Origin: Gammaproteobacteria bacterium
GTDB lineage: Bacteria; Pseudomonadota; Gammaproteobacteria; GCA-001735895
Direction of reading: 5' to 3'
Assembly: GCA_026989015.1 (NCBI GenBank)
Contig: JALSKD010000177.1
Location: forward strand, 401 to 64,400
DNA: 64,000 nucleotides
This document shows positions 19,135 through 28,378 of the stretch, in pieces (positions within the stretch are counted from its first letter, which is position 1; the number at the start of each line of letters is the position of its first letter). The position numbers and the translations under genes were made by a program. The notes under the pieces are model-generated. The model did not search any database and was not told the origin of the DNA. It saw nothing but the letters and a program-made list of their open reading frames with translations.

Positions 19135-19566
19135 ATGCCCAGAGACGACAAGGATGACCGCCTGCTCGCCCTGCTCCGCGAGCACGGGCGGATGCCGCTG
19201 ACCGAAATCGCCCGCCGGCTGGGCGTGTCGCGCGGTGCGGCCCAGGCGCGGCTGCAGAAACTCGAGCGCAACGGCACCATCGCCGGCTATACCGTACGGC
19301 TGTCCGCGGAATACGAACGGGCCTGCATCCGTGCGATCGTCATGATCAAGGCGGCCCCTGCCAACCGTCGCGCAGTGGAACGACGGCTGTGTCAGTTGCC
19401 CGAGTTGCGGGCGCTTCACTCGATCAGCGGCCTGTTCGACCTCAGCGCGCTGGTCTGCGCGCGCTCGGTTGCCGAACTGGATCGGGTGATCGATGCCATT
19501 GGCGTGATGGACGGTGTCGGGGAAACCCAGTCCTCGGTGATTCTCTCCACCAAACTGGAGCGATGA
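19135..19566 (+). CDS. lrp: Lrp/AsnC-family transcriptional regulator
   Basis: HTH (…LTEIARRLGVSRGAAQARLQKLERNGTIAGYTV) plus a RAM domain. Divergent from the lysine dehydrogenase operon. Confidence 0.85.
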   Translation: MPRDDKDDRLLALLREHGRMPLTEIARRLGVSRGAAQARLQKLERNGTIAGYTVRLSAEYERACIRAIVMIKAAPANRRAVERRLCQLPELRALHSISGLFDLSALVCARSVAELDRVIDAIGVMDGVGETQSSVILSTKLER

Positions 19567-19612
19567 AACCACGGGCCGGTGGTATCATCGTCTTTTCCCT
19601 GTACCCAGCCCG

Positions 19613-20524
19613 ATGAGTCCGAATCACCTCGCTTACCTGTTGACCCTGCTGACCCTGATGCTGTGGGGTGGCTCGGCCAGCGCATTCAAGCTGGCGCTGA
19701 ACACGCTGACGCCATCGGCGCTGCTGTGGATCAGTTGCGTGATCTCGCTGGCGGTGATGACCCTGCTGCTGCTCCTTCAGGGCCGCCTGGGGCAGCTGCG
19801 CCGAATCGCCGCGCGCGACTGGCCCCGCCTGCTGCTGCTCGGAGCCTTCAACCCGTTTCTTTATTATGTCCTCCTGTTCGAGGCCTATGACCGCCTGCCC
19901 GCGCAGGTCGCCATGTCGCTGAACTACCTGTGGCCGGTGATGCTGGCTCTCTTGTCGGTGCCGATACTCGGCCAGCGACTGGGCTGGTCCGGTCTGCTGC
20001 CGATTCTGCTGAGCTTCGCCGGCGCGGTGGTCATCGCCACGCGTGGTCGGCTCGATGGCTGGCAATCGGTGGACGGTCTGGGCCTGGTGGTGGCACTGGC
20101 CAGCACCCTGGTCTGGGCCGGCTACTGGCTCTACAGCACCCGGCTGAGACACATCGATCCGGCACTGAAATTGTTCATGGCCTTTCTCATTGGAACGCCA
20201 CTGACCCTGATCTACAGCCTGCTCCAGGGCAACCTGCAGTGGCCGGGCAGCGATTACCCCTGGTGGCCGGTGCTGTATGTGGGGCTGTTCGAGATGGGCG
20301 TCACCTTCTTCATCTGGCAATTGGCCCTGTCGCTGGCCGACAGCGCGGCGCGCATCGGCAACCTCATCTACCTGACCCCGTTCCTGTCGTTACTGATTTT
20401 GTCGCGGGTGACCGGTGAAACCATACATCCGGCTACCCTCTGGGGCCTGCTGCTGATCGTTGCCGGGATACTCCTGCAGCAGTATGCTGGGCGGCGTGCT
20501 CCCGGGGGGAATACCGCACCATGA
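19613..20524 (+). CDS. DMT-superfamily (EamA-like) transporter
   Basis: 303 aa with 10 TM segments and a duplicated EamA-like architecture. Confidence 0.7.
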   Translation: MSPNHLAYLLTLLTLMLWGGSASAFKLALNTLTPSALLWISCVISLAVMTLLLLLQGRLGQLRRIAARDWPRLLLLGAFNPFLYYVLLFEAYDRLPAQVAMSLNYLWPVMLALLSVPILGQRLGWSGLLPILLSFAGAVVIATRGRLDGWQSVDGLGLVVALASTLVWAGYWLYSTRLRHIDPALKLFMAFLIGTPLTLIYSLLQGNLQWPGSDYPWWPVLYVGLFEMGVTFFIWQLALSLADSAARIGNLIYLTPFLSLLILSRVTGETIHPATLWGLLLIVAGILLQQYAGRRAPGGNTAP

Positions 20525-21297
20525 ACAAGCTTCTTGCCGTTCTTTCCATCCTGGTTGTCGCCGTCATCGGCTGGCGCTTCATGTCCGGCCCGGATCAGGC
20601 CGGTATCGATGCGCAGCGCCTGGAACGGGACCGCAAGAACCGCGCCTACATCGAGCAGGCACGGGCCGGCAAGGATATCGCGGCGCTGGAGCGATTCATC
20701 CGTGACAACCCCCGTTCCGGCTGGCGTGATGTGGCGATTTTCTACCGCGACGAGTTCGCCTACCGCCAGGCAGCGGCCCGCGGCGATGCCAACAGCCTGA
20801 AACGCTATATCCGCCTGTACCCGGACAGCCAGTGGGTGACCTTCGCCCGGCAACGCCTGGAACAACTCCGCCTCGAACAGAAGGCACAGCGAGACCGCGT
20901 CGAGAGACAGCGCAAACTGGCGGGGAAACAACCGGCATTGCCACCTTCTGATGAGGAACCCTCGCAAACCCTGCAGCAAGCACCGGCCCGGGCCATCGTC
21001 GAAGCGCCAGCAGAGCCGCGCCTGGACGCCCGCGAGCGGGTCCAGCGCGCCCTGTCCATCTACGAACAGCAAAGAAAACAGAAGGCATTCGATGCCGCCC
21101 AGCAAAAACAGCAGCGCCAGGCCGAGAAAGACCGCCAGCGGCAATGCCAGCGCCTCCGGGATCAGCTGCGCCAGTTCGACAGCGGCATCCGCTGGTACCG
21201 CCTCGACGACCAGGGGCAGCGCCAGTTTCTCGATGCTACCGCGGTGGCCGCGGAACGCCGCAAGACCGAAGACTACCTGCGCAAGCACTGCCGATGA
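20521..21297 (+). CDS. Hypothetical secreted/periplasmic protein, Arg/Gln-rich (DUF4124-like?)
   Basis: Signal/anchor MNKLLAVLSILVVAVIGW, then low-complexity QRQ/RQR-rich helix-forming segments. ATGA overlap with the DMT transporter stop. Confidence 0.5.
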   Translation: MNKLLAVLSILVVAVIGWRFMSGPDQAGIDAQRLERDRKNRAYIEQARAGKDIAALERFIRDNPRSGWRDVAIFYRDEFAYRQAAARGDANSLKRYIRLYPDSQWVTFARQRLEQLRLEQKAQRDRVERQRKLAGKQPALPPSDEEPSQTLQQAPARAIVEAPAEPRLDARERVQRALSIYEQQRKQKAFDAAQQKQQRQAEKDRQRQCQRLRDQLRQFDSGIRWYRLDDQGQRQFLDATAVAAERRKTEDYLRKHCR

Positions 21298-21320
21298 ACC
21301 CTCCGCAGCGCGGGTGACGA

Positions 21321-21349
21321 TGACAACGGCCGGCTCTGTGTCTATAATC
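21321..21349 (+). promoter_or_regulatory. Candidate sigma-70 promoter for tRNA-Arg (TGACAA-N17-TATAAT)
   Basis: -35 at 21321-21326 and -10 TATAAT at 21344-21349, which is 10 nt upstream of the tRNA 5' end. Confidence 0.5.
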
Positions 21350-21359
21350 CGCCGGCCCC

Positions 21360-21436
21360 GTCCCCGTGGCACAACTGGATAGCGCGACGCCCTCCTAAGG
21401 CGTAGGTTGCAGGTTCGAACCCTGCCGGGGACGCCA
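21360..21436 (+). tRNA. tRNA-Arg (anticodon CCU)
   Basis: Acceptor GTCCCCG/CGGGGAC. Anticodon arm ACGCC-CTCCTAA-GGCGT. T-arm GCAGG-TTCGAAC-CCTGC. Discriminator G and CCA encoded. Closely matches E. coli argW-type tRNA. Confidence 0.9.
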
Positions 21437-21441
21437 GAACG

Positions 21442-21471
21442 AAAAAGCCGGTACACGGGTACCGGCTTTTT
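21442..21471. terminator. Bidirectional intrinsic terminator (tRNA-Arg on + strand, amtB on - strand)
   Basis: AAAAAGCCGGTAC-acgg-GTACCGGCTTTTT is a perfect hairpin flanked by an A-run and a T-run. Confidence 0.75.
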
Positions 21472-21497
21472 CATGGGTAGCGTCTTGCGGCTCGGAA

Positions 21498-22784
21498 TCA
21501 GAAGTTGTAGCCGCGTTCCTCGTGCTGGGAGATGTCCAGCCCTTCGGTTTCCTCCTCGTCGCTGGCACGCAACGGAGTCACCAGGCCCACCAGCTTGAGC
21601 AGCACAAAACTCAGCACCGCCGTCCACAGGAACACCGACAACACACCAATGGCCTGGGCCGACAGCTGACTGCCCATGGTCATGCCTTCGGCCAGGCCGG
21701 CTCCCCCCCATTCGGTGGCGATGAACAGACCGGCGAACAGGCTGCCGATGATGCCGCCCACCCCGTGCACCGGGAAGACATCCAGCGAGTCGTCCACCCT
21801 GAGCACATTCTTCAGGGTATTGGTGGCAAAGAAGCAGACGACCCCTGCCGCGAAGCCGATGAACAGGGCCGCCATCGGGCCGACGAAACCGGACGCCGGG
21901 GTGATGGTACCCAGTCCGGCGACCATGCCGGTGGCAATGCCCAGTGCCGAGGCCTTGCCGTACTTGAACCATTCGATCAGCATCCAGGTAAAGGCACCGG
22001 TGGCCGCGCTGATATGCGTCGCCATCAGCGCCATGCCGGCATCGCCATTGGCGGCCAGGGCACTGCCGGCATTGAATCCGAACCAGCCCACCCACAGCAT
22101 CCCCGCTCCGGTGATGGTCATGGTCATGTTGTGCGGCATCATCTGCCGGGTCAGGAACCCCTTGCGCGGTCCCAGCACCAGGGCCGCGACCAGCGCGCCC
22201 ACGCCGGCGGTGATGTGCACCACGATGCCGCCGGCAAAATCCAGGGTACCCTGCTGCGCCAGCCAGCCGCCGCCCCAGACCCAGTGCGCCACCGGCACAT
22301 AGACGGCCAGGAACCAGATCACGCTGAACAGCAGCATCGACGGGAAGCGCATGCGCTCGGCGAAGCCACCGATGACCAGCGCGGGAGTGATGATGGCGAA
22401 GGTCATCTGGAAGGCGCTGAACACGGTTTCCGGGATGCTGCCGGAGAGGCTGTCACGGGTCACGCCCTGCATGAACGCCTTGTCCAGGCCGCCGATCCAG
22501 GCATTCATCGAACCGCCATCGGCGAACACCAGGCTGTAGCCCACCAACACCCAGAGGATGCTGACCGCACAGGTAATGGCAAAGCACTGCATCAACACCG
22601 ACAGCACATTGCGCGGCTGCACCAGACCGCCGTAGAACAGCGCCAGGCCCGGCAGGGTCATGAACAAAACCAGCGCGGTGGAGGCGAGGATCCAGGCGGT
22701 ATCGCCGCTGTCCAGGCCTTCGGCGCGGGCGGCGCCGGAGAACAGTGAAACGACCAACAACAAAAGCAGGGTGTTCAACTTCAT
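21498..22784 (-). CDS. amtB: Ammonium transporter AmtB
   Basis: MKLNTLLLLLVVSLFSGAARA signal, then canonical Amt motifs (…DFAGGIVVHITAG…). GGAGG ribosome-binding site upstream of the ATG at 22784. The track ORF extends to 22901 in frame. Confidence 0.9.
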   Translation of the reverse strand: MKLNTLLLLLVVSLFSGAARAEGLDSGDTAWILASTALVLFMTLPGLALFYGGLVQPRNVLSVLMQCFAITCAVSILWVLVGYSLVFADGGSMNAWIGGLDKAFMQGVTRDSLSGSIPETVFSAFQMTFAIITPALVIGGFAERMRFPSMLLFSVIWFLAVYVPVAHWVWGGGWLAQQGTLDFAGGIVVHITAGVGALVAALVLGPRKGFLTRQMMPHNMTMTITGAGMLWVGWFGFNAGSALAANGDAGMALMATHISAATGAFTWMLIEWFKYGKASALGIATGMVAGLGTITPASGFVGPMAALFIGFAAGVVCFFATNTLKNVLRVDDSLDVFPVHGVGGIIGSLFAGLFIATEWGGAGLAEGMTMGSQLSAQAIGVLSVFLWTAVLSFVLLKLVGLVTPLRASDEEETEGLDISQHEERGYNF

Positions 22785-22797
22785 GGGTTCCCTCCGG

Positions 22798-23148
<351 letters not shown>

Positions 23149-23222
23149 TTACAGCTGAACCCGTTCAGGCCGAGCACCGTAACGGTGCAGCCATTGGGCG
23201 GGAGGCGCATTATTCCATTTTT

Positions 23223-23239
23223 TGGTGCGCAGCGCACCA
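23223..23239. promoter_or_regulatory. Perfect 17-bp palindrome TGGTGCGC-A-GCGCACCA upstream of glnK (candidate NtrC-type/enhancer site)
   Basis: Read directly from the sequence. Flanked by a T6 tract. About 90 bp upstream of the glnK start. Confidence 0.35.
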
Positions 23240-23249
23240 CAGAGGTGCG

Positions 23250-24572
23250 TCAGCGTACGAACACCGCCATCGACTCGACATGGGCGGTCTGCGGGAACAT
23301 GTCCATCACGCCCAGCTCCTCGAGACGGTAGCCTGCCTCAATGAGCAATTGCGCATCACGCACCAGGCTGGACGGCTGACAGGAGACATAGACGATGCGT
23401 TCGGCGCCGAGACGGTGCAGATGAGGGATGACTTCGCGGGCGCCACTGCGTGGCGGATCGAGCAGGATCCGGTCGTAACGGCCACGCAGCCAGGGCTCGC
23501 TGCCATCGACCCGGGTCAGGTCCACGGCCCGATATTCGGTATTGTCGATGCCCTGGCGGCGGGCATTGGCACGGGCCCGCTCCACCATGGGTTGATCGCC
23601 CTCGATACCGGTCACCGACGCGCAGCGCCGAGCCATCGGCAGCGTGAAATTGCCCAGCCCGCAGAACAGATCCAATACCCGATGTTCCGGCTCCAGCTGC
23701 AGACGATCCAGTGCCTGCGCCACCATCTTCTGGTTGATGCCGGCATTGACCTGGGTGAAATCACTGACCCCGAAATCGATCTCCAGGTCGTCATCGGCCA
23801 GCGGGCGGAAGCTCAGTGTCTGCTCCTCTGGATACAGCGGACGGATGCTGTCCGGTCCCGCCGACTGGGTCTGCACCCACAGACCGCTGTGGCCGGCAAA
23901 GTCGATCAAGCGTTGGCGATCGGCTTCGCTCAGGGGGTCGAGGTGGCGAAACGCCAGCGCACAGTGGGTATCATCACAGGCCACTTCGATCTGGGCTATC
24001 CGGTCCTTCGCGTCCATCGCTCCGATCAGCGCGCTCAGTTCATCGAGTCGCTCGCCGACGCGGGGGTCGAGCACCGGGCAGCCGTGCATGTCCGCCAGAA
24101 ACGGGCTGCTGCGCTCGCGGAAACCGACCAGCACACGCCCCTTGCCCGGCACATGCTTGACGCCGAGGCGCGCCTTGCGGCGATAGCCCCAGGATTCGGC
24201 ACGCAAGGGTTCCATCCAGCGGCCCGCCTCGATGCCCGCGTGCGCCATCATTTCGGCCAGCGCACGCTGCTTGAAATCGATCTGCGCGTCACTCTCCAGG
24301 TGCTGGAGGCTGCAGCCGCCGCAGACACCGAAATGGGCACAGCGCGGTTCGATGCGCAGCGGCGAGGCCTCGATCACTTCCGCCGCGTGACCTTCGGCCA
24401 GCTGCTTGCGGTTGCGGTCGATCCGTACCGACACCTTCTCGCCCGGCAGGGCACCGAACACGAACACGATCTTGCCATTGTGGTGGCAGATGCCGCGCCC
24501 TTCGTGGGACAGCTTTTCGATCCGTGCCTCGAAGGGCGGCGGCGGTGTGCGTCGTCGGTTTCTGCGTGCCAT
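23250..24572 (-). CDS. rlmD: 23S rRNA (uracil1939-C5)-methyltransferase RlmD (RumA)
   Basis: N-terminal TRAM region, a CX5CGGC Fe-S motif (CAHFGVCGGCSLQH), and a C-terminal SAM-MTase (…LDLFCGLGNFTLPMA…). Confidence 0.85.
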   Translation of the reverse strand: MARRNRRRTPPPPFEARIEKLSHEGRGICHHNGKIVFVFGALPGEKVSVRIDRNRKQLAEGHAAEVIEASPLRIEPRCAHFGVCGGCSLQHLESDAQIDFKQRALAEMMAHAGIEAGRWMEPLRAESWGYRRKARLGVKHVPGKGRVLVGFRERSSPFLADMHGCPVLDPRVGERLDELSALIGAMDAKDRIAQIEVACDDTHCALAFRHLDPLSEADRQRLIDFAGHSGLWVQTQSAGPDSIRPLYPEEQTLSFRPLADDDLEIDFGVSDFTQVNAGINQKMVAQALDRLQLEPEHRVLDLFCGLGNFTLPMARRCASVTGIEGDQPMVERARANARRQGIDNTEYRAVDLTRVDGSEPWLRGRYDRILLDPPRSGAREVIPHLHRLGAERIVYVSCQPSSLVRDAQLLIEAGYRLEELGVMDMFPQTAHVESMAVFVR

Positions 24573-24590
24573 GATGTTCCTTGAGCTGGG

Positions 24591-25367
24591 TCAGAGCGCC
24601 TGCCAGCGTTGCTCAAACTCGATCAGATGAGGCTGGCCGGAGGCCTTGAGGTGATCACGCACCCGCTGGCACTGCGCCGCATACTGGCTGTCATCCAGGT
24701 TGCCACGGTTACGCTCCCAGTTGAGGTACACCAGGTAGGTGTTGAGCACATCGGTCTCGCAATAGTCGCGGATGGCCTTGAGGTCGCCCTTGAGCCAGGT
24801 CTCCCAGACCTTCGAACCGTCCATGCCCATCTTGCCGGGGAAACCACAGAGGGTGGCGATCTCGTCGAGGCGCACCGCGGCGCGCGGCTGGTAGGCGGCG
24901 AGCACATCCATCAGATCGGTGTGCCGCTCATGGTAACGCGACAGGTAGTTGTTGTAGCGAAAATCGCGGTCGTGCTGCCCGCTGTCCCAGTAGCGTTCGG
25001 CGGCGATCGGATACAGCAGGCTGCGGTAATGGATGACGGGCAGGTCGAAACCGGACCCGTTCCAGGACACCAGCCGCGGAGTGTAGCGGTCGATGCCGGC
25101 ATAGAAGCGTTCCAGCAATTCCCGCTCGTCGGCGTTTTCATCGCCCAGCGACCAGACGCGGAACTGATCGCCGTGCACCAGCACGGCCGATATGGCGACA
25201 ATGCGGTGCAAATGATGGCGCAGGAATTCGGTGCCGGCCTGCTGCCGGCGCAGATGGTACACCGCCTTGGCGACATCCTCGTCGGAAAGGCCGTGCAGGT
25301 CATACAGCCGGCGTGCGCCGTCGATGTCGGGGATGGTTTCGATGTCGAAAACGAGGATATTGTTCAT
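24591..25367 (-). CDS. Predicted 3'-5' exonuclease related to PolB exonuclease domain (COG3298-like)
   Basis: MNNILVFDIETIPD carries the Exo I FDIE motif. About 258 aa. ATG at 25367 lies 4 nt after the cysM stop. Confidence 0.6.
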   Translation of the reverse strand: MNNILVFDIETIPDIDGARRLYDLHGLSDEDVAKAVYHLRRQQAGTEFLRHHLHRIVAISAVLVHGDQFRVWSLGDENADERELLERFYAGIDRYTPRLVSWNGSGFDLPVIHYRSLLYPIAAERYWDSGQHDRDFRYNNYLSRYHERHTDLMDVLAAYQPRAAVRLDEIATLCGFPGKMGMDGSKVWETWLKGDLKAIRDYCETDVLNTYLVYLNWERNRGNLDDSQYAAQCQRVRDHLKASGQPHLIEFEQRWQAL

Positions 25368-25371
25368 GCCG

Positions 25372-26259
25372 TCACTCCGCGGGAAAGACGCCGGTGGACA
25401 GGTAGCGGTCGCCACGATCGGCGATGATCGCCACCAGGGTCGCTTGCTCCAGTTCCCGCGCCAGACGCAGGGCCACCGCCACCGCGCCACCGGAAGAAAT
25501 GCCGCAGAAGATGCCCTCGCGCGCCGCCAGCTCGCGGGTGGTCTGCTCGGCCTCCTGCTGGGTCACGTCCAGCAACCGGTCGACATGGGTCGGGTCGTAG
25601 ATCTTTGGCAGGTATTCCTCGGGCCAGCGGCGGATGCCGGGAATGGTCGCCCCCTCGGCCGGATGCACACCGATCACCTCGATCGAGGGATCAACCTCCT
25701 TGAAATACCGGGAACAGCCTACAATCGTTCCGGTGGTGCCCATGGCGCTGATGAAATGGGTCAGCCCCTGCTCGCTCTGGCGCCATATCTCCGGCGCGGT
25801 GCCCCGGTAATGCGCATCCGGATTGTCCGGGTTGGAGAACTGGTCCACCAGCCAGCCGCGCCCTTCGCGTGCCAGGCGCTCGGCCAGATCGCGGGCGCCC
25901 ATCATGCTCTCCTCCTTGCTCACCAGCAGCAGTTCGGCACCATAGGCCTTCATCACCGCCCGCCGTTCCAGGCTCATGTTTTCCGGCATCACCAGCAGCA
26001 TGCGGTAGCCCTTGACCGCCGCCGCCATTGCCAGCGCAATGCCGGTATTCCCGCTGGTGGCCTCGATCAGCGTGTCGCCAGGGCGGATGTCGCCCCGCGC
26101 CTCGGCGCGGTCGATCATGTGCAGCGCGGGCCGGTCCTTGACCGAACCGGCCGGGTTGTTGCCCTCCAGCTTCACCATCACCCGGTTGCCGCGTTCGGGA
26201 CTGCCCAGATGCTGCAATGTCACCAGTGGCGTGTTTCCGATATAATCCTGAAGATACAT
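25372..26259 (-). CDS. cysM: Cysteine synthase (CysM/CysK family, PLP-dependent)
   Basis: …GNNPAGSVKDRPAL…TSGNTGIALA…GISSGGAV… are canonical OASS motifs. Confidence 0.9.
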   Translation of the reverse strand: MYLQDYIGNTPLVTLQHLGSPERGNRVMVKLEGNNPAGSVKDRPALHMIDRAEARGDIRPGDTLIEATSGNTGIALAMAAAVKGYRMLLVMPENMSLERRAVMKAYGAELLLVSKEESMMGARDLAERLAREGRGWLVDQFSNPDNPDAHYRGTAPEIWRQSEQGLTHFISAMGTTGTIVGCSRYFKEVDPSIEVIGVHPAEGATIPGIRRWPEEYLPKIYDPTHVDRLLDVTQQEAEQTTRELAAREGIFCGISSGGAVAVALRLARELEQATLVAIIADRGDRYLSTGVFPAE

Positions 26260-26346
26260 TGAAGACCCAGATCAAGAATACGGGCGCCTAGTGTACTGGA
26301 AAGCCATGTCCGGCACTACGCGCAGCCCCAGCCGCCGGAGTGAACC

Positions 26347-28350
26347 ATGTCAGTCCGACCCGTTATCCGCTTCAGCCTGTTGCTGACATGTCTGCTGGCC
26401 CTGCCAGCCGCAGCGGACTACCGCGCCGAGGATGATTTCTATGGCGAAGCGCCGATCGTGCTGACCGTGTCACGGCTCGACAAGCCGCTGGCCGAATCGC
26501 CCGCCTCGGTCAGCGTCATCGATCGCCAGATGATCCGTGATTCCGGCGCCACCAGCCTCTCCGAGTTGCTGCGCCTGGCCCCCGGATTCATCGTCGGCTA
26601 CTACTACGACAATTCGCCGGTGGTCACCTATCAGGGGCTGGGCGCACGCTGGATGCGACGCCTGCAGGTATTGATCGACGGTCGTTCGGTGTTCGTGCCC
26701 TCCTACGGCGGCGTCCCCTGGAACAACCTGCCGCTGCTGATCGAGGACATCGAGCGCATCGAGATCACCCGCGGACCCAATGCCGTGACCTATGGCGCCA
26801 ACGCCTTTCTCGCCACCATCAACATCATCACCCGCCATTCGGCCGAGGATCTGGGCCACGCCGCCTCGGGCGCCGGTTCCCTCGACCGCGACAGTGGCAT
26901 CGGGCATGTCTATTACCGCTACGGCGGCAACAACGAGGATCTCGACTGGCGGCTCAGCCTCGGCCACGAGGAAGATGCCGGCTACAGCGTTCCTCGTGAC
27001 GGCAAGCGGGTAAACAAGATCAATCTGCGCCTCGATTACCTGAGCGCCTACAACCGTTTCTGGAGCCTGCAGGTCGGGTTCAGTTCGTCCAGCGTGAACC
27101 TCGGTGACGGCGAAGCCACCGATCCCGTTCGCGTGGAGGAAACCGATCACGGCTATTTCAATGGCTCCTGGGAAGCCATCGACGATGATGTGACCAGCCG
27201 CATACGCCTGACGCTGAGCCGTCAGGACGCCGATGACCATTATGTGACCGGCACGCTGAACGATTTCATCGCCGAGCTGACCGGCGACCCCACATTCCAG
27301 CTGCTTCCTCCGTTCGTCACCGATGTCGATCTGGGCCGGGATTCGACGCGCAGCGAACTCGAGCTCTATCAAAACCGCCAACTCAACGAGGCCGTCCAGA
27401 TCAATTACGGCATCGGCCTGCGCAATGACCGGGTCGAATCCTTCTATCTGTTCAACGACCGCAGCGTCCACAGCCTGGACCAGAGCCGTCTGTTCGGGAG
27501 CCTCGAATGGCGCACCGGAAACGGATGGTTGCTCGACACGGGCATCATGCTGGAGGACAGCAGCCGAACCGACACCGAAACCAGCGGCCGGCTGTCACTG
27601 ATCCGCCTGTTCGACCGGCACAGCCTGCGCATGGTGGTCTCCAGGGCGTACCGCAACCCCATTCTGTGGGAACTCGAAGGCAGCACCACCTTTGATGCCT
27701 ACATACCGCCACCCATCGACCGGAACTATTACCTGGTCATTTTCCGCGCCCGTCCCGGCATCGATGCCGAATCCATCCTCTCCCGCGAAATCGGTCTCTA
27801 CAGCCGCTGGATGGATGATCAGCTGACGACCGATATCAAGCTGTTCAACTACCGTGTCGAAGACCAGATCACCGTTGAGGAAATCAGCCTCAACCCTGAC
27901 CCGGTCACCGGTTATCCGCAGCAGTTCGGTCAGGCCGTCAATGGCGGCAACACACGGGTCCGTGGTCTCGAGCTGTCCTTCAACTACAGCGCCGCAGGCG
28001 GACGCACGCGCCTGTTTGGCGGCTACAGCCTTGTCGAAGCCGACAGCTTCGATCAGGACAGTGAAGACAGTTTCCCGATGCACACGGGCTTTCTGGGCGG
28101 GCATGTCAATGTCGGCGAGAACCAGCAGTTCTCCGGTGTCTGGTATCATGTGGGCCGCTTCTCCTGGGGCGATCGGCACCGTTTCACCGACAGCTACGAC
28201 AAGCTCGATCTGCGCTGGGCCTATCTGCTCGATGCCGAGCACGCCCTGCGAGTGGAACTGATCGGCAAAAATCTGCTCGGTGATTACGGGGATTATGTCA
28301 AGTACGACCATCAAACCGCCTGGCTAGTGCGTCTTTCCGGAGAGTTCTGA
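26347..28350 (+). CDS. TonB-dependent outer-membrane receptor
   Basis: Signal peptide, plug domain (…ESPASVSVIDRQMIRDSGATSLSELLRLAPGF…IERIEITRGPNAVTYGANAF), a 22-strand barrel region and a terminal Phe. Confidence 0.85.
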   Translation: MSVRPVIRFSLLLTCLLALPAAADYRAEDDFYGEAPIVLTVSRLDKPLAESPASVSVIDRQMIRDSGATSLSELLRLAPGFIVGYYYDNSPVVTYQGLGARWMRRLQVLIDGRSVFVPSYGGVPWNNLPLLIEDIERIEITRGPNAVTYGANAFLATINIITRHSAEDLGHAASGAGSLDRDSGIGHVYYRYGGNNEDLDWRLSLGHEEDAGYSVPRDGKRVNKINLRLDYLSAYNRFWSLQVGFSSSSVNLGDGEATDPVRVEETDHGYFNGSWEAIDDDVTSRIRLTLSRQDADDHYVTGTLNDFIAELTGDPTFQLLPPFVTDVDLGRDSTRSELELYQNRQLNEAVQINYGIGLRNDRVESFYLFNDRSVHSLDQSRLFGSLEWRTGNGWLLDTGIMLEDSSRTDTETSGRLSLIRLFDRHSLRMVVSRAYRNPILWELEGSTTFDAYIPPPIDRNYYLVIFRARPGIDAESILSREIGLYSRWMDDQLTTDIKLFNYRVEDQITVEEISLNPDPVTGYPQQFGQAVNGGNTRVRGLELSFNYSAAGGRTRLFGGYSLVEADSFDQDSEDSFPMHTGFLGGHVNVGENQQFSGVWYHVGRFSWGDRHRFTDSYDKLDLRWAYLLDAEHALRVELIGKNLLGDYGDYVKYDHQTAWLVRLSGEF

Positions 28351-28378
28351 CACAGCAGGCAACCGAAGGACCGCAGGA

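Noticed and set aside
21442-21471. Whether the tRNA-Arg/amtB hairpin could be an attachment-site repeat rather than a terminator.
   Set aside because: A perfect GC-rich stem flanked by an A-run and a T-run, positioned exactly at two convergent 3' ends. The terminator explanation is sufficient. No duplicate copy was seen in the window.
20368-22748. Long ORFs (575 aa minus-strand, 408 aa plus-strand) overlapping the DMT transporter, the hypothetical gene, tRNA-Arg and amtB.
   Set aside because: They span a tRNA gene and a terminator. They are antisense or out of frame relative to real genes. High-GC artefacts.
23217-23239. The 17-bp palindrome plus T6 as the rlmD intrinsic terminator.
   Set aside because: In the rlmD/glnK (minus) transcript the hairpin is followed by A6, not U6. 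On the plus strand the T-run precedes the stem. So neither orientation gives a functional terminator. A protein-binding site is more plausible.
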